In this document: in pieces, positions 47,881-57,922 of the stretch | Position numbering within the stretch: the first letter of the stretch is position 1 | How the letters are laid out: the number at the start of each line of letters is the position of its first letter | Source of the DNA: Dehalococcoidia bacterium UBA5620 | GTDB taxonomy: Bacteria > Chloroflexota > Dehalococcoidia > GIF9 > UBA5629 | Length of the DNA stretch: 64,000 nt | Assembly (NCBI GenBank): GCA_002423605.1 | Contig: DIKK01000022.1 | Span: forward strand, 34,882-98,881 | Reading direction: 5' to 3' | Position numbers and translations under genes: made by a program | Notes under the pieces: generated by a model | What the model saw: only the letters and a program-made list of their open reading frames with translations | Databases searched by the model: none | What the model was told of the DNA's origin: nothing

Positions 47881-48558
47881 CTACCTTCGCAACCTTTTCT
47901 GAACTGCATCACTGATCAGCTCTCTGATTGCGTCAGAGGCGATCCACTTGGCGCTGGCTGAGTCAATTTGCTTTATCTCAGTCGCCATTTTGATTGCCAC
48001 CTCATTCAGAGCATGGCTGCGCTTGCCGAGCTGGCGTAACGCCCAGTTAACTGCCTTTTTCACAAATGTTCTGCTGTCACAGGCCTCCCTTTCTATAACA
48101 GGCAAAAACTTGAGAAATTCCCTGTCATCTGTTTTCTTATCGCTGACAGCCAAGCAAGCCATCAACACGAACCCCGCCCGCTTCACAAACTCCTCATCGC
48201 AAGCGCCCCACTCAACAGCTTTCGTGTAGGCGAACCTGGTTCTTTTAAATAGTTTCATGCAGCACTGGTCACACACCTCCCAACTATCGAGGTCTTTAGC
48301 CCAGCTTTCCATCTGGTCTTCGGTGACCAACCTCGGGTCATCTATCATCGCCGCCAGTATCCGCGCCTCTCTGATACCTGCATTCCAGAGTTGCTGCGCC
48401 AGAAGATGGTCCTTGCCGATTTCCTTAGCAAGCTCGGTCAGCTTCGGCATGGATACGCCGAAGTTTTTCTCCGCGGCTATGCCATACCTGGCCATACCTT
48501 TTACAGCTTCGGGGTTAGACAGCATCCTTAGTCGCTCAAGTATATCTTTGTACTGCAT
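47881..48558 (-). CDS. DNA alkylation repair enzyme family protein (AlkD-like HEAT repeats)
   Basis: All-alpha HEAT-like repeats with the family pattern ...LAQQLWNAGIREARILAA.... Confidence 0.55.
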   Translation of the reverse strand: MQYKDILERLRMLSNPEAVKGMARYGIAAEKNFGVSMPKLTELAKEIGKDHLLAQQLWNAGIREARILAAMIDDPRLVTEDQMESWAKDLDSWEVCDQCCMKLFKRTRFAYTKAVEWGACDEEFVKRAGFVLMACLAVSDKKTDDREFLKFLPVIEREACDSRTFVKKAVNWALRQLGKRSHALNEVAIKMATEIKQIDSASAKWIASDAIRELISDAVQKRLRR

Positions 48559-48560
48559 AC

Positions 48561-48971
48561 TTATCTTTGCAACATATCCTTCGGACGGACAACCAGCGTC
48601 ATGCCTTCAACCCCCAGCACCTCGACCACATCGCCATTTCTGCATTCGTATCCTTCACATATTGCCTTCCACAGCTCGCTCCTGACCTTTATGTACCCCG
48701 CCGGAGCTAGTGGTTTGACCACCACACCTTCGTACCCAATCAAGGCTTCAAGGGTACCCCTCGGCTTGATAAAAAAGGTCCCTCTGCCGATACGATAGGT
48801 AACATAGGCAACTATGGCCAGAGCTAGCATCAGGAGACCTAGTCCCCACCAGGGAACATGTATGTCAAAAATGGGCAGCACCCAGAGTGCAATGAACACC
48901 AGTCCGGCTTCCTCCACCAGCGTGCCCAATACTGCCTGTAGCGTATACCACAACGGTGTCCTAGTTCTCAT
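48561..48971 (-). CDS. NfeD-like membrane protein (C-terminal OB domain)
   Basis: Two TM helices plus ALIGYEGVVVKPLAPAGYIKVRSELWKA. Confidence 0.65.
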   Translation of the reverse strand: MRTRTPLWYTLQAVLGTLVEEAGLVFIALWVLPIFDIHVPWWGLGLLMLALAIVAYVTYRIGRGTFFIKPRGTLEALIGYEGVVVKPLAPAGYIKVRSELWKAICEGYECRNGDVVEVLGVEGMTLVVRPKDMLQR

Positions 48972-49558
48972 TTTCTCGTATATGATAGCTCATTATACTA
49001 ATTTGGCTATCGCAGCAAAAGGCTGATGTCGCCCAATTTAGCCTGCATTTCCCATATCAAGCTGGCACCAACCTGTCTGCGAGAGATTCGAGGGGGCAGG
49101 TTGGTGCAAGATGAACTGGTGCCGCTGTTGCGTCAGTCGGTGTACAGTCGCCTGGCAGAGCATGAAGACGCCAACGATGCGGTGAGGCTGACGCTGAATT
49201 GGGAAATTCCAGTGTAATACCCCAGACTAGTTTTGAAGTAGTAACAGGCCGTTTTAGAAAATCTTTAAGACCGATACGAAGTAAATAGCAGTGTTGATTG
49301 CTATGTGCTACAATTCATGATGTGGAACGTCTATGAGACGAGATAGTGTGGGCCAGTTGGGGCGAACCTTTTACCCGCAATCAGTAGGTTTTTATTATTT
49401 GCCGCTGCCCAAAGGAAAGCGAGTTGGCATTGTCGATAGACAGGGTGGTTTTGCAGTAACTACCTGTGATGCCTGCGCCGGGTTTGGTCTTAACCTTGTC
49501 GGGCTTTCATCCCAAATTAAAAGTATATGAACAATCAATAAGGAAAGGGGGAACTACC

Positions 49559-51649
49559 GTGAGCGATAAAATTAAGGCTTTTTGTGGGCGGATGTGTGCC
49601 GGAAGCTGTGGTGTATTAGTAACACTAGACCAAGGTAAAGTAGCCAAAGTTGAAGGCGACCCGGATTGCCCTTTAAACCTCGGGACGCTTTGCCCTAAAG
49701 GCTTAGCTATACCTGAACTGCTCTACCATCCGAACCGACTCTTATATCCTTTGAAGCGTGTTGGAAATAAGGGCGAGGGCAAATGGCAGCGAATCTCATG
49801 GAGTGAAGCTTTAACCTCAATCAGCGACCGACTGAAGAGCTTTAAGCAGCAGTTCGGGGGTGAATCTATCTTGCTAATGCTAGGAGCCCCCAAAGGTTTA
49901 GAGTTAGCTTTCACACAGAGATTCGCCAATGTCTTTGGCATACCTAATGTAATCAGCTCAGGCGATGTCTGTCACATGCCTCGTGACCAAGCTGCTACCT
50001 TTACTTTTGGTGGGCCTTCCTTTCCTGATTTCGACCACCCTCCGCGTTGCCTAATAGTTTGGGGTAGTAATCCTCAGACCACCCACGAAGGTGCCATATC
50101 CGCTCCTCGCTTTCGCCCAGCTTACACCAAAGGGACAAAATTTATCGTCATCGACCCAAGAAAGACTGCGCTAGTTTCTCGAGCTGATATCTGGCTTAAA
50201 CCGAGACCAGGCAGCGATGGGTTATTAGCATTGGGGATGCTCAAAGTAATAATTGATAAGAAGCTTTATGATGCCGAGTTTGTGGCTAAATGGACTATCG
50301 GTCTTGATCAACTTCAAGCCCATTTAAAAAATTACTCCTTAGAGCAGATTGAGAGGTTAACCTGGGTCCCTAAAGCCCAAATTGAACAGGTTGCCGAGAC
50401 GTTTGCTACTATTAAACCTGCAGCTATCCACTGGGGCAATGCATTAGACCAGACTAGCAACAGCTTTCAGAACTGCCGAGCTATATCAATACTGCGTGCC
50501 ATCACCGGTAATCTGGATATCCCTGGGGGCGATATACTTGCAGAAATGCCATCCCTCATGAGACCGGGTGATTTTATGCAGGTCAGGACATTCCCCAGAA
50601 GCCAAGAGAAAATGTTGGGTAATAACTTTAAGGTGGCTACTCGGTCGCTAGTTACTCCGGGACAAGCAGCAATTAGAGCTATTTTGGAACAGAAGCCACA
50701 TCCGGTTAAGGCAGCCATGATAATGGGTACCAACCCGCTGCTTAGTTACGGCGATGCCAGGCAGAGCTATGAGGCATTCAGGAATCTTGAGTTTCTAGTA
50801 GTGTCAGAGCTTTTCTTGACTCCTACCGCTGAGCTCGCCGATATAGTTTTGCCTGTGGCAACAAATTTCGAATTCGATGAAATAGGTCATTATGGGGTCA
50901 GGCTAGGTTTTGTGGTGCCCAGGCCTAAAATAGTAGAGCCGCCAGGTGAATGCTGGTCAGATATAAAGATAATAAATGAGCTGGCTAAAAAGTTGGAAAT
51001 AGGAGAGTATTTCTGGGATGACGAGAGGGAAGCCGTTGACCTTATTCTAAAACCTAGCGGCATGAGCTTTGACCAATTCTCGAAATCGGGTATCCTTTAT
51101 GCCGATAAGACATATTACAAGCATGAAGAAGGTGGCTTTAGAACACCTTCTCATAAGGTCGAAATATATTCTTCTAAACTTAAGGAGATGGGATATGAGC
51201 CACTACCTGTTTTCGTAGATCCGCCTGAAACGCCTTTTGGGTCTGCTGAACTTTATGAAAAATACCCTTTGGTGCTAACTAATAACAAAAATCCCTACTT
51301 TTTCCATTCCACTGGTAGAGGTATAGCCAGACTACGCCGACTATCTCCAGAGCCGGTAGCTGAATTGAATCCACAAACTGCAGCCAAACTGGGAATAAAA
51401 GATGGGGACTGGATATATATTGAAACCCCCAGAGGTAGGATAAAACAGAAACTTAAAATAAATGAGGCACTTGACGCACGGGTCATCTTCGCTGCCTTTG
51501 GTTGGTGGTTTCCTGAGAAACCTGCATCCGAGCTGCATGGCTGGCAAGAGTCTAACCTAAATATTTTGACTACCAGTGATCCTCGCGACCCAGCTCTGGG
51601 CTCACCCAACTTACGAGGCGGCTTATGTAGAGTTTATAAGGCAGATTAA
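49559..51649 (+). CDS. Molybdopterin oxidoreductase (MopB superfamily), cytoplasmic, no Tat signal
   Basis: N-terminal 4Fe-4S motif CGRMCAGSCG...C. GTG start at 49559 after a GGAAAGGGGG RBS; the track ORF starts at 49466. Confidence 0.75.
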   Translation: MSDKIKAFCGRMCAGSCGVLVTLDQGKVAKVEGDPDCPLNLGTLCPKGLAIPELLYHPNRLLYPLKRVGNKGEGKWQRISWSEALTSISDRLKSFKQQFGGESILLMLGAPKGLELAFTQRFANVFGIPNVISSGDVCHMPRDQAATFTFGGPSFPDFDHPPRCLIVWGSNPQTTHEGAISAPRFRPAYTKGTKFIVIDPRKTALVSRADIWLKPRPGSDGLLALGMLKVIIDKKLYDAEFVAKWTIGLDQLQAHLKNYSLEQIERLTWVPKAQIEQVAETFATIKPAAIHWGNALDQTSNSFQNCRAISILRAITGNLDIPGGDILAEMPSLMRPGDFMQVRTFPRSQEKMLGNNFKVATRSLVTPGQAAIRAILEQKPHPVKAAMIMGTNPLLSYGDARQSYEAFRNLEFLVVSELFLTPTAELADIVLPVATNFEFDEIGHYGVRLGFVVPRPKIVEPPGECWSDIKIINELAKKLEIGEYFWDDEREAVDLILKPSGMSFDQFSKSGILYADKTYYKHEEGGFRTPSHKVEIYSSKLKEMGYEPLPVFVDPPETPFGSAELYEKYPLVLTNNKNPYFFHSTGRGIARLRRLSPEPVAELNPQTAAKLGIKDGDWIYIETPRGRIKQKLKINEALDARVIFAAFGWWFPEKPASELHGWQESNLNILTTSDPRDPALGSPNLRGGLCRVYKAD

Positions 51650-52013
51650 AGGCTGTAGTCTAAATAGGGATTTCCTATTTCAATTGACGATAAGGCGCTT
51701 CTGCTTTCGTCATTTCTGGCGTAAAGTCTACCCCCATAGCACAGCATCTGCGTAGCCATCCGACCATCAATTTTTAGAGGGCTGGCAGTTCGCGCTCCTG
51801 GAGCAGCGCTTCCCTCGTCAGGGCGAAGCCTGAAGCCTGTACCAGACAGTCTCCACCTCCTTAACCAAGCTATTAACCTGCAAGGGGCAAATCTCTTTCA
51901 GAAAAGAAGTAGTATGGCGGAAAGACTAGCACTGGACGAGGTAAAATATACTTACGATTCAGAAGGTGATGTACTGTATATCAGCAAATGCCTCTATTTG
52001 ACATAGATTGTTT

Positions 52014-52292
52014 TTATGCCTCATACCGCCCATCACCACATAAATAGGCACAACTGGGGCAATATCTGGAATCAGCGGGGACAGCAGAGCCGCAGTTAGG
52101 GCAATTGGTATTCAGCTTAACGCCGCACATTCCGCAAAACCTGTAATTGGCAGGATTTTGCGCTGCACACTTTGAACAGGCCTTCGGCGAGTCACTTTTC
52201 TCAGCAGCAAGCCTTGCCCCACAATCAGCGCAGAATCTAGCATTCATAGCGTTTTCCGCACCACACTGAGGGCAAATAAAGTTTTGTGTCAT
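52014..52292 (-). CDS. Double zinc-ribbon (DZR) protein
   Basis: CPQCG..C..CG..CSKC..C..CG..CPNCG..CPSC. Confidence 0.5.
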   Translation of the reverse strand: MTQNFICPQCGAENAMNARFCADCGARLAAEKSDSPKACSKCAAQNPANYRFCGMCGVKLNTNCPNCGSAVPADSRYCPSCAYLCGDGRYEA

Positions 52293-52373
52293 ACTGTCAC
52301 CGTTCCAAAACTATTGCGTGAATCACCAAATTTTAACTGTTTACTGCTGATATCTCAAGATTAACCTGATTGC

Positions 52374-53084
52374 CTATACCTTGGCTCTACGATTAAGCTC
52401 TGACATCAGCTCTGTCTGAATCTCCTGGATTTCCAAAAGTCGTTGCCACTGGTTCACCAAGAGATGGTCTAACTTCTCATGCAAATGGCGAATCTCCAGC
52501 TCCGCCTTCAAATTAACCCGATAGTCATATTCGGCCCGCAAGCGGTCCTTAGCCTCCACACGATTCTGACTCATCAGGATAATCGGGGCCTGTACAGCAG
52601 CAATGCAAGAAAGGACCAGATTTAGCAGGATAAAAGGGTATGGGTCAAATGGTTTAAAAATGAGCACGATAGAATTCATCACCACCCATATCACCAATAC
52701 AATAGCAAAGCCTATGAGAAAGCCCCAGCTTCCCGCCGTATCAGAAAACGTGTCAGCCAGACGCTCTCCAAATGTCAACGTCTGATCAAATGCCACATTC
52801 ATGTCCTGAGATAAGACTGCCTGATCTTCCATAGATTTAACCACCTGCTCCTCGGCAGAAGAAAGCTCTCCCTTTTCCCTCTCCAGAACATCTCTGACAT
52901 ACTTCGCTCTGAAGCTGTTAAGGTCAGGGATGCAGATAAAACCGCTGGATGACCAGTCCGGATGTGTCTTCTGTATTGTCTCCACCAAGGATGGGCGAAC
53001 AGACTCCGCCGGCAAAACCTCACTCAGCTTCTTCGTTTTCTTACAAATCTGACATACGACTGTCTTTGGCTGTCCTTTGCTCAT
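52374..53084 (-). CDS. DUF1003-like membrane protein
   Basis: GSWGFLIGFAIVLVIWVV...; C-terminal DRLRAEYDYRVNLKAELEIRHLHEKLD coiled coil. Confidence 0.5.
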   Translation of the reverse strand: MSKGQPKTVVCQICKKTKKLSEVLPAESVRPSLVETIQKTHPDWSSSGFICIPDLNSFRAKYVRDVLEREKGELSSAEEQVVKSMEDQAVLSQDMNVAFDQTLTFGERLADTFSDTAGSWGFLIGFAIVLVIWVVMNSIVLIFKPFDPYPFILLNLVLSCIAAVQAPIILMSQNRVEAKDRLRAEYDYRVNLKAELEIRHLHEKLDHLLVNQWQRLLEIQEIQTELMSELNRRAKV

Positions 53085-53117
53085 CTACTTGCCTCCATTT
53101 ACTTCGCTATAAGATGA

Positions 53118-54707
53118 TTAAATCGTGATTGTCCCGCCGACATCAGGCAATATGACTTCTATCTCACTGCTGCCCAGATGCTCAGAGTAAAACTCCGGCT
53201 CTTCGGAATGCACTGGGATTAGTATCTCTGGCTTGATACTAAGTGCCACCTCCAGTAAATCTGGCCCACAGGCATGGCCAGAGGCATGCAAGCCCCTTCC
53301 TGCCTCAGGGATTTCCCATTTGTCACCAACTTCTATAGGTAACCCCACCCCCTTAAGCCCGAAGTACTTAATCCATCTGTGCAACCGACGGAAGTCGATC
53401 TCTTGCTCTTCATCATGGGGCTCGCTGGAGCTGAACACATACAGGCTTCCCTGCCCGGGACGGATACTGGGCAGCTCATTTATGTCCCAGAAGCTGAAAC
53501 AGAGGATGAATTTATCCTGCGCCGACCGCACGTCCTCGGCCAGTACCATCTTGCTCCCATACTCCTTACACAAGTTCTGCACCCACATATTAGGGCTTTT
53601 GCTGGCGATAGTATCCTGATAAATAACCAGAGAATCTTCATGCGCAATATCCGGCACTTCCGGCTCCAGCAGGCGCATGGTCTTCAATAGATACGCATCT
53701 TTGGGCAAGATTGCCAGCTTTCTGCCCATCTCCCGGGCAATGTCCAGAAAAGTAAGCAGCCGATATACATCACGAGGGGGAAAGTCAGCGATAACCAGAC
53801 CTGTGGCATCTTTTATGGCTTTCAGTCCGTTCTTATACACTTCATCCTCATATACATTCTCAGTACGTTTTACGTTCGTTCCCTCCAGTACCAGCGCCCT
53901 GGGATGCAATTTGCCTGCTTCTTCCATGAATTCCCTGGTACGATCGCCTTGCCTGCCATGCAACCGCAGGTCGCCGCTATATATAACCCAGCCTGAACTG
54001 GTCTCGATACCCCAAGCGCAGGCACCAGGGATGGAATGGTCAACGGGAAATGAGCGTAGGGGCAAGCTGCAACTGCTATGGCCTAGTAAGGAACAGGATA
54101 TAAGAGGTCTCCGCCCTGGTGGCTTGTGCCAGAATATCCTGGCGTCATCGCTCAAATTTGCTACATCAGCATCGTTAATACAGAACTGCCGTTGCTGCTT
54201 GGTATCGGTAGTAAGCAATGCATCCTGTTTCCAACCAGCAGGACGCCCCGGTTGCTTGTAATCAAAGTAGCTTACCTGCTGGTCAAAGTCCGCTTTTCCT
54301 GAGTCCTGAACAGCCTTGGCAATGAATGCCGTGGTCATAGTGGAATAGACAGGGATGTCCTCCCTGAGGAAGGCTATGTTCCCGGAATGATCGAGGTGAG
54401 CGTGAGAAAGCAGCACGCCGTCAACGCAGTCGAGCTTACGATAGTAAGGAGCCTGGCGGAACTGCTGCCACAAACTAGGTGGCTCGAGGTCAGCGCGGTA
54501 AAGCCCCTCCAATGGTGGAATCAGCCCTATAGACAACGGGTCGAGCAGCCCTGCGCCGCCTCGAGGCTTTAAGTATTCTTCATAAAACTCTTTATGCCGC
54601 TTGTAGGGAAAGCCGAAATCGAGGAATAGCCTTAGCTCGCCGTCCTCCAGCAGTATCTTATTGCCGCCGATCTCATTTATGCCGCCATAGAAGGTCAAAC
54701 TAACCAT
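53118..54707 (-). CDS. MBL-fold metallo-hydrolase with beta-CASP-like extension (RNase J-like)
   Basis: YGGINEIGGNKILL N-terminus; HAHLDHSGN (HxHxDH). Confidence 0.5.
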   Translation of the reverse strand: MVSLTFYGGINEIGGNKILLEDGELRLFLDFGFPYKRHKEFYEEYLKPRGGAGLLDPLSIGLIPPLEGLYRADLEPPSLWQQFRQAPYYRKLDCVDGVLLSHAHLDHSGNIAFLREDIPVYSTMTTAFIAKAVQDSGKADFDQQVSYFDYKQPGRPAGWKQDALLTTDTKQQRQFCINDADVANLSDDARIFWHKPPGRRPLISCSLLGHSSCSLPLRSFPVDHSIPGACAWGIETSSGWVIYSGDLRLHGRQGDRTREFMEEAGKLHPRALVLEGTNVKRTENVYEDEVYKNGLKAIKDATGLVIADFPPRDVYRLLTFLDIAREMGRKLAILPKDAYLLKTMRLLEPEVPDIAHEDSLVIYQDTIASKSPNMWVQNLCKEYGSKMVLAEDVRSAQDKFILCFSFWDINELPSIRPGQGSLYVFSSSEPHDEEQEIDFRRLHRWIKYFGLKGVGLPIEVGDKWEIPEAGRGLHASGHACGPDLLEVALSIKPEILIPVHSEEPEFYSEHLGSSEIEVILPDVGGTITI

Positions 54708-54917
54708 GGATTTATTATAACATCTTGTATGGGCACAGATGACCGAAAGACAAAGTTCGGTAACGGTGCCTTTCCGAATGGCTCCGGCGAGGGGTTCCTA
54801 AACTTTCTGTTTTCGTCCTCGTTTTAACTATCTGAAACTGCCCTTCAAGGAGGAAATAGATGAGTACATGAGCAGTACGATATGGTAATTCAAGCACTAT
54901 ATAAAAGGAGGTTCTAA

Positions 54918-56663
54918 TTGAAAAAGGTTTTTCTTAGTTTATTCTCAGCAGTTCTGGCACTAGCCATGATACTGCCCTTGGCCACACCGGCGATGGCTGA
55001 CTCTGAGCAGGAGGCAAAGGTGCAGGCCATAGCAAAGGCTGCCCTGATGCTCAGGAACCCCAGCGTCGCAGATGTGAGTCAGCCGGTAACCATCACCGTC
55101 TTCGGAAAGTACAACCACGAACCAGTTGACGGGGCCGGGGTTTATGCGCTGAAGACCAATGAATTGGCTATCACGGCTGACGATTCTGATTCTACCATAA
55201 TTGCCAACTATGCAGCTATAGTCACCGAAAAAGGAAAATTACTGGGCTATACGGGCGATGACGGCACCGTAAACTACAAGTTCACGGAGAACGGTAAATA
55301 TATGCTGGTTGCGGTCAAAAGTGGTTTTACTGCAGGCTTCTCACAGATTACTATTACCCTTTCTGCAAGCCAGGGACTGGACGTCAAAGCGCCAGGCGCT
55401 GCCAAAGTTGGAGAGGCAATTACCATAACTGTAAGTGAGATATTTTCAGGTCAACCGGTGGAGGGCGCTGCAGTCTACGCCAGGAAGATAAAAGAAATCA
55501 GTCTGCCACAGGTCGTACGGCAAAGCAATGTGGTTCAAGCCAAAGGTATTGCTGGAATCATTCACCCGTTATGGGAAGTACTGCAAAAAAAGGTCAGACC
55601 CAATGCTATCGCTGCTACCAGCGATAATGAAGCGGTGCAATCTTCAGTGGAGGCGGTTGAAACTGCTCCAGAGGAAACCCTAAAGTACGCAGCAGATATA
55701 AAGGGGACCGGCATCTTCATCGGCAACACCGACTACAAAGGTGAAGTAAGCTATGCCTTTGCTCAATCAGGCATGTATGTCCTAATAGCCACTAGGGATG
55801 GCTATGCGCCTGGGTTTGCCAGAATTACGGTGAACCCAGGCAACCAGGATAAACTGGGCATCAAGGCACCGGCCACAGCAAATGTAGGCAAACCGGTCAC
55901 CATTACAGTTATTGAGAGGAACACAGGTAATCCGGTAGGCGGAGCCGCAGTCTACGCCGTGAAAATAGACAACGCAGACGGCTATCCTCTACCTCTGGAG
56001 TCAGCCACCAGCGCCGATGCTTTCGGTGCTGCTGAAGTCGAGAAATATGCCACAGTGGCCCGGGAAAGAGGCGCCTTCATCGGCAACACCAATGACTCCG
56101 GCCAGTTGATGCATACTTTCAATGAAACCGGACGGTATATTCTGATGACAACGAAGGATAACTATATGCCCGGCTTCGCTCGTCTCACCATAACGCTGGC
56201 AGTGGCTAAGGCACTGTTCATTAAGGCTCCTGGTGAGGCGAACACTGGCCAGGAGATACCTATTGCAGTATACACGCGCCAAGGATACCAGCCAGTGGAA
56301 AATGCAGCGGTATATGCCATAAAGTGGGAGATACTATCAGCGCCTATGCCCATAGAGAACGGCACCGCTACCCAAATTCTTAAACCACAACCACCTTATA
56401 CTACCGAGGCGGAGAAATATGCTGCCCTGGCTGCGGAGGAAGGCATCTTCATCGGCTACACCGATGGCAATGGCCAGGTATTCCACACTTTCGATGAAGC
56501 CGGCAGATATACGCTGGTAGTCATCAAGGACGGGTACACCCCTGCGTTTACAACTATAAACATCGGGCAGTACAGGGTGATGAATCTTAAGAAGCCTGAA
56601 GAAGCAAAGACGGCTATACTTCAAAGCACCTTAGGCTCATCAAATTCAAAGAAGCCCAAATAA
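54918..56663 (+). CDS. Secreted protein of five tandem ~85-100 aa beta-rich repeats (CarbopepD_reg/Ig-like)
   Basis: Signal peptide; recurring blocks ...GAAVYA.K...G.Y.L.A.KDGY.PGFA.ITV.... Confidence 0.6.
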   Translation: MKKVFLSLFSAVLALAMILPLATPAMADSEQEAKVQAIAKAALMLRNPSVADVSQPVTITVFGKYNHEPVDGAGVYALKTNELAITADDSDSTIIANYAAIVTEKGKLLGYTGDDGTVNYKFTENGKYMLVAVKSGFTAGFSQITITLSASQGLDVKAPGAAKVGEAITITVSEIFSGQPVEGAAVYARKIKEISLPQVVRQSNVVQAKGIAGIIHPLWEVLQKKVRPNAIAATSDNEAVQSSVEAVETAPEETLKYAADIKGTGIFIGNTDYKGEVSYAFAQSGMYVLIATRDGYAPGFARITVNPGNQDKLGIKAPATANVGKPVTITVIERNTGNPVGGAAVYAVKIDNADGYPLPLESATSADAFGAAEVEKYATVARERGAFIGNTNDSGQLMHTFNETGRYILMTTKDNYMPGFARLTITLAVAKALFIKAPGEANTGQEIPIAVYTRQGYQPVENAAVYAIKWEILSAPMPIENGTATQILKPQPPYTTEAEKYAALAAEEGIFIGYTDGNGQVFHTFDEAGRYTLVVIKDGYTPAFTTINIGQYRVMNLKKPEEAKTAILQSTLGSSNSKKPK

Positions 56664-56689
56664 CCGTAGGCATCTGCTGCTATAGTGCT

Positions 56690-56730
56690 AAGGAGGAGCC
56701 GGTCTAAAACCGGCTCCTCCTTGTTATTTC
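56690..56730 (+). terminator. Rho-independent terminator
   Basis: GGAGGAGCCGGT-ctaaa-ACCGGCTCCTCC followed by TTGTTATTT. Confidence 0.7.
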
Positions 56731-56949
56731 ATATTAGAATATAGGGACAGATCTGGCTCTTATCAGTATCATCACTATGTCCCAGGGTTTAATCTTGTAG
56801 CCGATTTTATCCAGCACTTTCCGTAGTGTCAGCTTTGCCGAACTCTCTTAGCCCCAGATGTCCAGTTTCAGGGGGTCACTCCACTATACGGCTCCGAAGT
56901 GGTTTGACAACCAGGCACAGATGGTCATATATTTCAGGTGACAGGGGCG

Positions 56950-56982
56950 ATGAGGGATAAATATCGACTTATCGTGAATTGA
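56950..56982 (+). other. Conserved 10-codon upstream mini-ORF, copy 1: MRDKYRLIVN
   Basis: atgagggataaatatcgacttatcgtgaattga. Its paralog at 60450-60482 encodes MRGKYYLIVS. About 60 nt of flanking leader are also similar. Confidence 0.4.
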
Positions 56983-57099
56983 AATGGGGAATCCCGGTTA
57001 AATCCCGAGCGTGAGAGGGTTGTAACGAAAAGGTTTCTTTTAGTTGCCACAGCACTTTTAGCCCTGTTTTTCGGTGGCATAAGTTGTGCACCCTCGGCT

Positions 57100-57459
57100 T
57101 TGCCGATTCCGGCATCCATGCCTACTCCCACCCCCGCTCCTCCAAAGGCTCCAAGTGTAATTTCTTGGGATAAGGCTAAAGATCATATCGGCGAGAGGAC
57201 GAGTGTATATGGGGCTGTCGTTGATGTAAAATGGGCCAGTGGTAGTAAGGGTCAGCCTACTTTCCTGAACATAGGTAATCCTTATCCTGACCCAAGCCGA
57301 TTTACAGCGGTTATCTGGATTCAAAATCGTAGTAAATTCCCTGAAGCCCCAGAAGTCTACTATTTAGGTAAAACCATTCATGTCACTGGACTAATAACAG
57401 AGTATAAGGGGGTTGCCCAGATTGAAGTCAAGGACCCGTCTCAAATTCAAGAACGGTAA
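57100..57459 (+). CDS. OB-fold-like protein (possible lipoprotein whose signal/lipobox is encoded upstream in frame without a canonical start)
   Basis: TTG start per the track. In-frame upstream sequence ...KRFLLVATALLALFFGGISCAPS has no ATG/GTG/TTG. Confidence 0.4.
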   Translation: MPIPASMPTPTPAPPKAPSVISWDKAKDHIGERTSVYGAVVDVKWASGSKGQPTFLNIGNPYPDPSRFTAVIWIQNRSKFPEAPEVYYLGKTIHVTGLITEYKGVAQIEVKDPSQIQER

Positions 57460-57922
57460 GCTGGCCGTTTTGGCGGTTTTCCTCCTGGGGCTGGCCATAG
57501 GTTTGGGCGCAGGGTACATTTATGGGCACACCAGGGCAGCGCCCTACATGGAGCAAGCATTCGTAGCTCGGGTCATAGACGGGGATACAATAGAACTGGC
57601 GGATGGTCAGCGCGTTCGCTACCTCGGCATAGACACCCCAGAGAGCGGAGATCTCTATGCTGATGAAGCTACCGCTGAGAATAAAGAGCTTGTAGAACGA
57701 AAGATGGTTGAATTGCAGCGGGGTAAACGAGACAAAGATGAATATGGGCGTCTCCTTAGATATGTTTATATAGACGGCATATTTGTAAACGCTGAACTGG
57801 TTGTGCAAGGTTGCGCAAAAGCCTATATATTTGACGCTGATGAACGATACAGTCAAATTCTAGTCCAGTTGGAGCAATATGCCAAGATGGCCAAACGAGG
57901 TCTATGGACGGTTAAAGAGTAG
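57413..57922 (+). CDS. Staphylococcal-nuclease-like (SNase/thermonuclease) protein with N-terminal TM anchor
   Basis: ARVIDGDTIEL...VRYLGIDTPE...RLLRYVYIDG; overlaps the upstream ORF in another frame. Confidence 0.75.
   Translation: MPRLKSRTRLKFKNGKLAVLAVFLLGLAIGLGAGYIYGHTRAAPYMEQAFVARVIDGDTIELADGQRVRYLGIDTPESGDLYADEATAENKELVERKMVELQRGKRDKDEYGRLLRYVYIDGIFVNAELVVQGCAKAYIFDADERYSQILVQLEQYAKMAKRGLWTVKE

Noticed and set aside
56940-56990. Fluoride riboswitch, because of the GGCGATGAGG start
   Set aside because: The rest of the consensus (pairing UCGCC, AAACUGCC, CUAAUGACUCCUAC-like 3' segment) is absent. The similarity is limited to 10 nt.
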